This document shows positions 9,149 to 17,185 of a stretch of 64,000 nt of DNA, in pieces. Location: NCBI GenBank assembly GCA_007375735.1, contig VMEW01000007.1, positions 1,494 through 65,493 on the forward strand, in the 5' to 3' direction. Numbering within the stretch: position 1 is the first letter of the stretch; each line of letters starts with the position of its first letter. The position numbers and the translations under genes are program-made. This DNA is from Candidatus Peregrinibacteria bacterium Greene0416_19 (GTDB lineage Bacteria > Patescibacteriota > Gracilibacteria > Peribacterales > Peribacteraceae). Under the pieces are notes generated by a model, which was not told where the DNA came from, did not search any database, and saw nothing but the letters and a program-made list of their open reading frames with translations.

Positions 9149-9451
9149 ATGCACACGCAAAAAGAAGTGGCGGCCGGCCTGCAGAAGCTCGTATTCCTGA
9201 CGCCCGACGAGGCGGCGGGCATTCTCCGGCGCAGCGGGAATGCACCGCCGGCCGCCATCGACACACTGCTCGCGATCCTCGCGGAAGCGGCGACGGGCCA
9301 GGAGCGATTGCTCATGGAGAAAGTGCATCGGGATCCCGGGTTTGTCGCGCGGTTCAAAGAATTTGCCCGTAGCGTCTTCGACGCCGCCAAGAATCAGGAG
9401 GAAGCGAGCGAGCGCGCGGGCACGGACGCGATCTTTGACGCAGCCCCCTGA
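9149..9451 (+). CDS. Hypothetical protein (100 aa)
   Basis: ORF 9056-9451 trimmed to MHTQKEV because the promoter lies inside the longer version. No recognisable domain. Confidence 0.5.
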   Translation: MHTQKEVAAGLQKLVFLTPDEAAGILRRSGNAPPAAIDTLLAILAEAATGQERLLMEKVHRDPGFVARFKEFARSVFDAAKNQEEASERAGTDAIFDAAP

Positions 9452-9459
9452 TTCCCCTC

Positions 9460-12400
9460 ATGCTGACATACGCATACAAGCGCCGGCGCATCACGGAATT
9501 CGGTGAAGCCAAACGTGTTTTCTTCGAGCCCGGACAGGTGGAGAACGACCTGATGCAGGCGATGGGCGCCGGCAAGCCGTCCCCGCCGGGAGAAACCGGG
9601 AAGGAAAACGTGGACGGCAAAGGCGGCGGGCCGGCTGCTCCTCCGGAGAAAGCCGACCCGAAGGCGGTGGAACAGCAGCAGGTCAAGAGTTTGCTCGATG
9701 ATGTGCAGCGGCGGCAGGAGCAGGCGGCACAACTCAAGCTGCCCGCACCACTGACAAAATCCATCTTCGACAACTACGCGCGCTACCTGGTGGCCTCCGC
9801 GCCAATCTACGACAAAAACCGGAACCGGGTCATTGAGGATGCCACCGCAGAGAAGCAGGAGAGCGAGTTCGCCGCCTACAAGAAGGCGATGCTGGAGAAG
9901 ATCGATGCGGTGCTCAAAGAAGTCTCGGGCGGCGCCGAGCAGGCCAAGAAGGAACAGAAGAAGCAGGAGGAAGAGCAGATGAAATCAGTGGATGAGGAGC
10001 TCAAGGCGATTCAAGAGAAAGTCGATCGCGGCGAACTGGAGAAGATCGCCCCCACGCCCGATGCGCTGCAGGCCGCGTACCAGCGGTACGAACAACGGAC
10101 GGCGGCGCTCGAGACGTACGGGAAAAACCTCGGAACGCAGGTGACGGCGGTTGAGCGCGTGCAGAAGGCGTACGCGAAGGAAATGGAGGGATCGACGCTC
10201 AACGCGGTCGGCGCGACCGGCTTCGTGGCGACCGGAGCGCTCGCGGGATCGTTCATCCCCGGTGTGGGCACCGCCATCGGCGCCGGTGTGGGGCTGCTGA
10301 GCTACATGGCCGTGCGGGCCGGCAGTTTCTTCGTCAACCGTGCCGAGCGCCAGAAGCGAGCAGCGGACATCCAGCAGAAGATCGATGTGGTCAAAGGCCA
10401 TCTTGAGGAGGGGCAGAAGCATGTCACCGCCGAACTCGGCGTCTTTGACGAAGGCGGCGATGCCATCCTGAAGACGACGACGCAGATCCGCGAGAACACG
10501 TACGCTCAAACAGACGAAGCGAAGAAAGGCCTCGAGAGCCAGAAAGAAAAAATCAGTCAGGACCTGGCAGCGACGCAGGCGAAAACATCCGAAGTTCTGA
10601 CGCAGGAGGAACAATTGAGCGAAACGCAGGAGAAAATTGCAGAGCGGCAGCGTGAGGTCACGCAGAAACAGCAAGAACTTAAGAGCGCAGCCGCCGATGC
10701 CGCCAGGAAAGCTGCGACACCCAACGAAGTCGTATCAACTGCAGCCGATGGAAATGCCGGATCGCAGAAGGCAGTCGATGTGCAGGCACAACTGCAGCAA
10801 GCGGCACAAGATGCGGAGGCACTCGAGAAGCAGCTGGGAACTGCCTACCAAGAAGTGGTCGGACAACAGATGATTCTTGGCACAGGACGCCAGGAACTGG
10901 AGCAGCATGCGTCGCTGCAGGAAGTGGGAATGCAGAAGCTTGACCAACAAAAGGAACTGCTCGGACAGACGCTCGAAGGCGAGATGCAGCATCTCGACGC
11001 GCATCACAAGGAAGTGCAGGACGGCATACTAGGATCGACGCTCCGCCATCACGCGGTCGCCACGCAGGTGGAGGGTCAGTACCACTCGATCAAGGACGTG
11101 AAGGTGGAGGAGCCGGGCTTCGTGCAGCACGTGATCGAGAACACCTTCGGCGGCATCAAGGACGGCCTCAACGGCCTGGCCAAACCGCTCAACGGCATCC
11201 CCGGCCTGAGCGTCGTGGGCGGCGTGCTGGAAGGCGCTGGCGAAATGGTCAACGGCATCGGCACTATGATCGCTCACCCGGTACAGACAGTGGAGGGGCT
11301 GAGCGCGCTCGCGGGTTTGAACAAGGACGTGAGCGCGTCCGACGCCTGGAAGGAGATGGGCAAAGCGCTGATCTCGTACGAGGATTTTTCGAAAGGAGAT
11401 TACGGCAAGGGAATAGGCAAGATCGTCTTCAACATCGCCACTACCGCCACCGGAGCGGGCGCGGCGATGAAGGGGGCGCAGGTGGCAACCATCTTGTACC
11501 GCACCTCCATGGTCGGGAAGGCCGGCGCGCTCGCGGCATCCAAGGCGTTCGTGAAGGCGACTGCGGTCGGCGTCGGTGTCGGCACGAAAGAACTTGCGGT
11601 CGGCGCGCTGAAGGTACCGGGAGAGTTCGTAAAAGACGCCGGAAAGATGATCACAACCCCGTACCGGCTCGGCCGCCGCGCGGCCATCGGCGACGCGCGG
11701 CACCTTGGAGAAGTTGCTGACAACCTCACCAGGACGGGAAGTATCCTCAAGGGAAAGATTGATGAGCTGGACATCGGGAAGCACATCACTGCAATCGCGG
11801 ACAGTCCGGTTCCGCTCGCGGACCTGACAAGCGAGCAACTGACTGCGCTGGGGAAGAACAGCGAAGAGCTCGTCAGGCTGGGCATCAAGGATGCAAAATC
11901 CATCTCCAAGTTCCTGGAACTCAAGAAGATGGTCGGTGAGCAGGAGGGGCTGCGCCGCACCATCGCTGCGACTGAACGAGCGAAGGATATTGCGGAGCTG
12001 CCGAAGGATGTTCGTTCCAAACTTTCGCGTACCGAAAATGAGCTCAACTCACTCGAGCAAAAAGCCGCCGCGGCGGAGCGGCAGGCGCAACGCACCGGCG
12101 AAGCCGGCGCGCCGGAGCGGATGCAGGCGGCGCGTGCTCCCATGGATGCCAAGATGGAGGCGCTTCTGCAGGATCTGCAGAATACAGCCGGTGACTTGGG
12201 CAAGGAATTTTGCAAGGAACGGGCCGGTACGGTGCTCCTCCATGGTGATAGCGGCGTGGTTGCCATCGGCCCCGATGGATTCCTGCAAGTGGTGAAGGCG
12301 ACGGAACTCGACGCATTCCTTGCGAAGGTCGCCGGTCCAGGCGCCCGCTTTGCCGACAAGACAGCGGCGCGCTGGCATGTGGCCGAGCGGATAACGGGCC

Positions 12401-15400
12401 GCAAGCTCACTCCTCGTCAGCAGGATGCCGTGCTGCGCGCGCATGAGGTGGGCTCCGCGCGCGGGGCAAAGATCCACGAGTACACTCCTGCCGAGATCGG
12501 CGAGAAGGCTCGCATCCTGGACGAAGCCGGCTTCTCCAAAGCCGAGCGGCGGGCGCTGATGGAGCGCGGGGTGTGCGGGGAGGGGGTAGGAGCAGAAGCT
12601 GCATCCGAAGCGCAATATTATGTCAACAAGGGGCGGGAATTAGCGGATGCCGTGGAAAACGGGAGTGAGCCGCTCTACACAGTGGACAGTTTTGACGAGT
12701 ATGGACATGTATTTACCCGAGATCTGCCGCTTGATGTCATACGGGATACTGAGCTTGATGCGATTAGAGATCCTGCATTGCGGAGACTGGCAAAAGAACG
12801 CCGTCAGGCTGAGAATGTCAGATTCAGGCAGAAGCAAAAAGACGGCGCAATCGCCGACGCGCAGATCGAGCATCTGGATGAGATGAGGGAGGTGAGTCGG
12901 GAGGCGTATGAGAGAGCGAGGGCGAAACTGAATGAGAAACAATCCGCAGCCCGCAAGCCGCGATCGAATCCGAGCCCGGAAGCCGCCGCCAAGCTGCCTT
13001 TTGAGGACGCAATTTCGGGAGGAAACATCGATGATGCTCTGATCCTCAAGTTTGACGACGCGTTGGCCGCACGTTATGCGAAGGCCAGCCCTGAATTGTT
13101 GGAGAATGTGTATGAAACAGCAGAGGCATTGTACTTCATCAAAGATGAAGAAGCTCTTTCAACAGCGTACTGGGCTATTCAAACTCAACTGCAAAAACAC
13201 TACGAAACACAGTTCACAAATCAGCTGCTTACAGAAGCACATTTGCAAGACATAGAGTCGCTGCGTGCGTGGTTTCGGCAGAAGAAGGATGCGTGTGATT
13301 CTTTCAGTGCCGTGGATGTGCTGAAATCAAGCGTCATCGATGACATTGAGCGTAGGTTTCTTTCGGACATTGATTCCAACGTCCCCGTCCGTTCTCCGTC
13401 GTCGGAACAGATCGCGCTGCGTGAGAGGTGGAACAAGCTGCCACAGGCTCAACGGGACGGGATACAGTACGTGAAAGAACAGGGCTGGAAGAGGAACGAG
13501 AAACTGATCATCGAAGTCACGGAGGGCAAGAAAGAGACAGTGACCCTGAATGGAGTGACGCGGGACGGGCGAGTGGAACTGATCAGGGAGGACGGTAGCC
13601 GCGCGCTCTTCGATCGAGATGGTACGCACTCTTATGACAATAACAAGAAATATGAATATCTGCCTGCCCGGGTTAATGAACAGAAGGATCTGGTCGATGC
13701 CATGTCCGTTGCTCAGAAGGAAGGGATCCAGGCCGCCCGCGAGTATCGACATTCGAAGGGAAGTGTCGTGAACTTTCGCGACACGAAAACCCATGAGATC
13801 TCATCGGCGACATTCGAAGGGGTGATGCCTGACGGACGGTGGCGCTTTCGGAGGGAAAACGGCGAGCGATTTGCTCACGATTATCTGAAAGGCTCGGACG
13901 AAGTTCTACCCTCCACACCGAATAAGTCCGTCCCCGCTGATGTTGCACCGCCTCCGGCGGTTTCCAAGAAACCAAGTTTGAAGCCCAGTCCGGCGTCACG
14001 CTTGCCTGACACTGACCTCAACAATGCGTCGCATTACGGCGAATCGCTTGCCGAACAAGTGCGCAGTTCCGAGTATCAAGGTACCACGATTACTATCGAG
14101 CCGAACGGGGATTTCACCATCCTTCCGGTGGAAGTGGCGACAGCGGAGGAACTGCATTTTTATTTTAATAATGTTGAGAAAGATCCGGCGGTCGGCAAAG
14201 CGATCGAGGATGCCAAGAAACCGGCTCTCGCTGCTGATCGCGCAGCGGCGAGAAAGGCGTTTAACGCCAAACGAACGGAACTGAAAGCCCGCGACCGGGC
14301 AGAGTTCGCTAATGAGAGTGGAGCCACTGAGGTGCGAATGGAAGCCACGGTGGCTCCTACCACGGCGCCACGGCAACCCGCTTCTCCGTACGTGGCTGAG
14401 CGGAAACAGCTTGCGGATGTGCGATCGCAGCTGGTCCAAAAGCTCGATAATGCCACGGACAACAAGACGCGCGCTCTCCTGGAGCAGTCGCTTCGTGATG
14501 TTGAAAACAAGATCGACGCCTCCTTCGCCACCCAGCGAACCGAGCTGATCAAGCGATGCCAGGATACATCGCTGCCCGTCCCCGAGCACGAGAAGGTATT
14601 GCTGCAGCTCAAACAGCATTGCGCCAAGATGGAAATCCGCAGCGAGTTGTACTCGACGTTCAAACTGGAGCCGCAACTCTCTCCTATCTCTCTCAAGAAA
14701 ACATCGCTTCTGCGTGGGGAGTATCTCAAGAGCGGATACGAGGTTCTGGGCAGGGGAAAGACGCGGTATCCGGGGAAAACCGGCGTGATCGAGGTGGAGG
14801 AACTGCTCATCGGGAAGTGGGACAAGGCGAAAAACGAGTATCTGACTTTGCAGGTTGCCGCAAAAGACGTGGCGACGTGGGAAATGAACCTCTATAAGAC
14901 AATCCGCGGCAAATCGGACAGCGAGCTCGTCAGTCGCTTCCACGAATTGAAAAAGATGAAGAAGAAGGAACTCTCGCCGGAATTGACAGAGGAGATTCGC
15001 GTGTGCGATGCCGAGCTGCGTCAGCGCGGCGGCATCGGGAAGGTGGAGGAGAATATCAATAACCAGAAAACGCTGGATGCCTGGCGGGAGCACAAATCGA
15101 AGACCGCTGGGGCGAAAACAGGCGCTGCCGCAGAGATATTTAGCTTGCAACGCTTTGACAAACTATTGGCCAAATACACCGGTTACATCAATGATCCGAA
15201 AGGGATGGAGCGCATCGGCGCCGACATCGCTGTTCTTGAGAGGAGTGGAGCCGATGCTGGAAAACTAGGCGAGCTCATGGAGCTTCGCAATCTGATGCAG
15301 GTAAGGCCAAAGGTGAAGCAGCCGCCACCGCTCAGCAAATGGCGACCGGGTGACAGCATTCAAGGTCGCACGCTCCGCGCCGCAGATGGCAGCGAACTGC

Positions 15401-16563
15401 CGGCACTGGACTACAAGGTAGTGAGCATCAAAGAAGGCAATCCGCCGACGGTGGTGCTGGAGGCAACCAGTGGAGCCAGCTATGGCATGGTGGGTAAGCA
15501 GGTGGAGGTGAAAGTTGCAGATTTGAATGAAATGGCGAAATCGAAGCCCCCACCGAAGCCCCCGATTGGCACCGCAGGCGCAAAGAATCCTGCTCCAGAT
15601 GCACCTCCCGCGGCCGTACCAAGAGCAAAGAATGCACCTCCCGATACGGTCCCTGCGAAGCTGCCGAAGGACGTACTGGCGGAGGAAGCGGCGCGGGTCG
15701 CCGCGCTGCGGCGCAGCGCGGAAGCGAAGGCTGCGGGCGTCGATGTCACAGAAATGGTCCATAAACGCGATGAACTGTACAAGCAACTTGAAGAGCTTGA
15801 GAAAAAATATCCGGATTTCGACAGCTACACGCCCGAGTATTATAGAAAATTCAGTGAGTCGAGTGAACCAGTCAAACTTCTCGATCGGAAGATCGTCCGG
15901 CAGCAGTGCGAGGCGATGACGACCGAAGAACTGGAGGCGCTCATCACCCAGGAGACGCAAGGAACCAAGTTCGAAGCATTGGCCGACAAAACCCTGTGGA
16001 ATTACGACCGTTCCGAGATCATGGGGGACCTGCTTGGGGAAAAGCGGCTGCAAGAGCGGTATCCTCTCGGCCTTGCCGAGGAACGCAAGAAATACTTCAA
16101 CGAATGCGTGTCCCAGTGCCGGCGCATGGGCGATCGTCAATTGATGGAAAAGTACGTCGCGCTGATCAGCAGAAAATCGAAATCAGAGGATGACATCCTC
16201 ACTCAACTCGCAATGGAGACACGGTTGTGGGTGAAAGGCCGTCCGCCGGATCTCGTCGTGGGCCGCTTCCAGGCGATGACCAAGCAGGGATACCAGCTCG
16301 CCGATCTGCGCAATGCGGACGCCGCCAAATTGGAATCACTCGGTTGCAGGGCCGGTGAGACCGTGAAGGTGCGGGCAGAGGACGGTCAGTTTCGGACTCA
16401 CAGGATTGAAGGAATCGAAGGTAATTTTGTGAGCATGGAAGACATCTTTCTTGGGATCAATCTGAGCGACACCCCCGTATGGGTGAAGCCAGGCAAGGAC
16501 GTGCCGGAAATTGTCATCGATATGAATGGGCCGCTGACGAAAGGAGTGGACGACATGGGATAA
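9460..16563 (+). CDS. Giant protein (2367 aa) with long coiled coils, Gly-zipper hydrophobic segments and repeated small beta-rich modules; function unknown
   Basis: Uninterrupted 7.1-kb ORF with coding-like composition. Contains GATGFVATGALAGSFIPGVGTAIGAGVGLLSY, Q/E/K-rich heptad-like stretches, tandem modules at 13438-13890, and PPKPP/AP-rich linkers. Confidence 0.85.
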   Translation: MLTYAYKRRRITEFGEAKRVFFEPGQVENDLMQAMGAGKPSPPGETGKENVDGKGGGPAAPPEKADPKAVEQQQVKSLLDDVQRRQEQAAQLKLPAPLTKSIFDNYARYLVASAPIYDKNRNRVIEDATAEKQESEFAAYKKAMLEKIDAVLKEVSGGAEQAKKEQKKQEEEQMKSVDEELKAIQEKVDRGELEKIAPTPDALQAAYQRYEQRTAALETYGKNLGTQVTAVERVQKAYAKEMEGSTLNAVGATGFVATGALAGSFIPGVGTAIGAGVGLLSYMAVRAGSFFVNRAERQKRAADIQQKIDVVKGHLEEGQKHVTAELGVFDEGGDAILKTTTQIRENTYAQTDEAKKGLESQKEKISQDLAATQAKTSEVLTQEEQLSETQEKIAERQREVTQKQQELKSAAADAARKAATPNEVVSTAADGNAGSQKAVDVQAQLQQAAQDAEALEKQLGTAYQEVVGQQMILGTGRQELEQHASLQEVGMQKLDQQKELLGQTLEGEMQHLDAHHKEVQDGILGSTLRHHAVATQVEGQYHSIKDVKVEEPGFVQHVIENTFGGIKDGLNGLAKPLNGIPGLSVVGGVLEGAGEMVNGIGTMIAHPVQTVEGLSALAGLNKDVSASDAWKEMGKALISYEDFSKGDYGKGIGKIVFNIATTATGAGAAMKGAQVATILYRTSMVGKAGALAASKAFVKATAVGVGVGTKELAVGALKVPGEFVKDAGKMITTPYRLGRRAAIGDARHLGEVADNLTRTGSILKGKIDELDIGKHITAIADSPVPLADLTSEQLTALGKNSEELVRLGIKDAKSISKFLELKKMVGEQEGLRRTIAATERAKDIAELPKDVRSKLSRTENELNSLEQKAAAAERQAQRTGEAGAPERMQAARAPMDAKMEALLQDLQNTAGDLGKEFCKERAGTVLLHGDSGVVAIGPDGFLQVVKATELDAFLAKVAGPGARFADKTAARWHVAERITGRKLTPRQQDAVLRAHEVGSARGAKIHEYTPAEIGEKARILDEAGFSKAERRALMERGVCGEGVGAEAASEAQYYVNKGRELADAVENGSEPLYTVDSFDEYGHVFTRDLPLDVIRDTELDAIRDPALRRLAKERRQAENVRFRQKQKDGAIADAQIEHLDEMREVSREAYERARAKLNEKQSAARKPRSNPSPEAAAKLPFEDAISGGNIDDALILKFDDALAARYAKASPELLENVYETAEALYFIKDEEALSTAYWAIQTQLQKHYETQFTNQLLTEAHLQDIESLRAWFRQKKDACDSFSAVDVLKSSVIDDIERRFLSDIDSNVPVRSPSSEQIALRERWNKLPQAQRDGIQYVKEQGWKRNEKLIIEVTEGKKETVTLNGVTRDGRVELIREDGSRALFDRDGTHSYDNNKKYEYLPARVNEQKDLVDAMSVAQKEGIQAAREYRHSKGSVVNFRDTKTHEISSATFEGVMPDGRWRFRRENGERFAHDYLKGSDEVLPSTPNKSVPADVAPPPAVSKKPSLKPSPASRLPDTDLNNASHYGESLAEQVRSSEYQGTTITIEPNGDFTILPVEVATAEELHFYFNNVEKDPAVGKAIEDAKKPALAADRAAARKAFNAKRTELKARDRAEFANESGATEVRMEATVAPTTAPRQPASPYVAERKQLADVRSQLVQKLDNATDNKTRALLEQSLRDVENKIDASFATQRTELIKRCQDTSLPVPEHEKVLLQLKQHCAKMEIRSELYSTFKLEPQLSPISLKKTSLLRGEYLKSGYEVLGRGKTRYPGKTGVIEVEELLIGKWDKAKNEYLTLQVAAKDVATWEMNLYKTIRGKSDSELVSRFHELKKMKKKELSPELTEEIRVCDAELRQRGGIGKVEENINNQKTLDAWREHKSKTAGAKTGAAAEIFSLQRFDKLLAKYTGYINDPKGMERIGADIAVLERSGADAGKLGELMELRNLMQVRPKVKQPPPLSKWRPGDSIQGRTLRAADGSELPALDYKVVSIKEGNPPTVVLEATSGASYGMVGKQVEVKVADLNEMAKSKPPPKPPIGTAGAKNPAPDAPPAAVPRAKNAPPDTVPAKLPKDVLAEEAARVAALRRSAEAKAAGVDVTEMVHKRDELYKQLEELEKKYPDFDSYTPEYYRKFSESSEPVKLLDRKIVRQQCEAMTTEELEALITQETQGTKFEALADKTLWNYDRSEIMGDLLGEKRLQERYPLGLAEERKKYFNECVSQCRRMGDRQLMEKYVALISRKSKSEDDILTQLAMETRLWVKGRPPDLVVGRFQAMTKQGYQLADLRNADAAKLESLGCRAGETVKVRAEDGQFRTHRIEGIEGNFVSMEDIFLGINLSDTPVWVKPGKDVPEIVIDMNGPLTKGVDDMG

Positions 16564-16674
16564 GAGAAACATTCATGAACGAAAGCCGATCTTCGAGGAG
16601 CGTCCAGAGGGTAAAATAACCACTTTCCGCTGCCGGAAGGGTCGATTGTGGCATAGCTCAAAACGCTCTTTTCT

Positions 16675-16682
16675 GCTATAAT
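16675..16682 (+). promoter_or_regulatory. Possible extended -10 element (TGCTATAAT)
   Basis: The same TGCTATAAT string as at 9130-9138, located 22 nt upstream of the ATG at 16705. No good -35 is present. Confidence 0.35.
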
Positions 16683-16704
16683 TACTGGATTTACAGCCCA
16701 AATA

Positions 16705-17115
16705 ATGCCTGAACCACAAACATCCACAAATCAAGATCCGGCAGGGCAGAATCCGGCGTCAGCCGGCAGCCAGCAGGGCGGCCAGACTGCCGTTCCCATG
16801 CTCCCAGAGGTATTGGAAGGCGGCGCTCTCTATGACCAGATCATGACCGCGATAGAACCGGAACTGACGTCGACGGTGTATCCGACACTGGCGGAAAAAT
16901 ATAAAGACGAGACCCCGGAGCAGGCGAAGGTGCGGGCGGAGCGGTACGCGAAGGCAATGGAGGAGTATAAGAAACAACTCCAGAAATACGGGGCTGATTT
17001 TGGCGGAAAGGTGCGTACCTTCCAGCACGGTGTGCGCAAATCCATGGAAGCCGACGATCGGAACCGCGAAACCAGTAACATGTCCGGATTGGAAGATGCC
17101 ATCTCCAATTTGTAG
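16705..17115 (+). CDS. Hypothetical protein (136 aa), low-complexity N-terminus followed by a helical region
   Basis: ORF with coding-like composition. No recognisable domain. Confidence 0.6.
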   Translation: MPEPQTSTNQDPAGQNPASAGSQQGGQTAVPMLPEVLEGGALYDQIMTAIEPELTSTVYPTLAEKYKDETPEQAKVRAERYAKAMEEYKKQLQKYGADFGGKVRTFQHGVRKSMEADDRNRETSNMSGLEDAISNL

Positions 17116-17185
17116 AGCCATGCACACGCTGTTCCAACACAGGCGTTTCTCCCCCAGCAAAGAGCAGAGGCTGTGTTTTCACAGC

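Noticed and set aside
17000-17185. N-terminal extension of the 890-aa ORF overlapping the 136-aa gene
   Set aside because: The extension overlaps 16705-17115 and reads as non-protein-like sequence (MAERCVPSSTVCANPWKPTIGTAKPVTCPDWKMPSPICRA). In-frame ATGs at 17120 and 17186 avoid the overlap.
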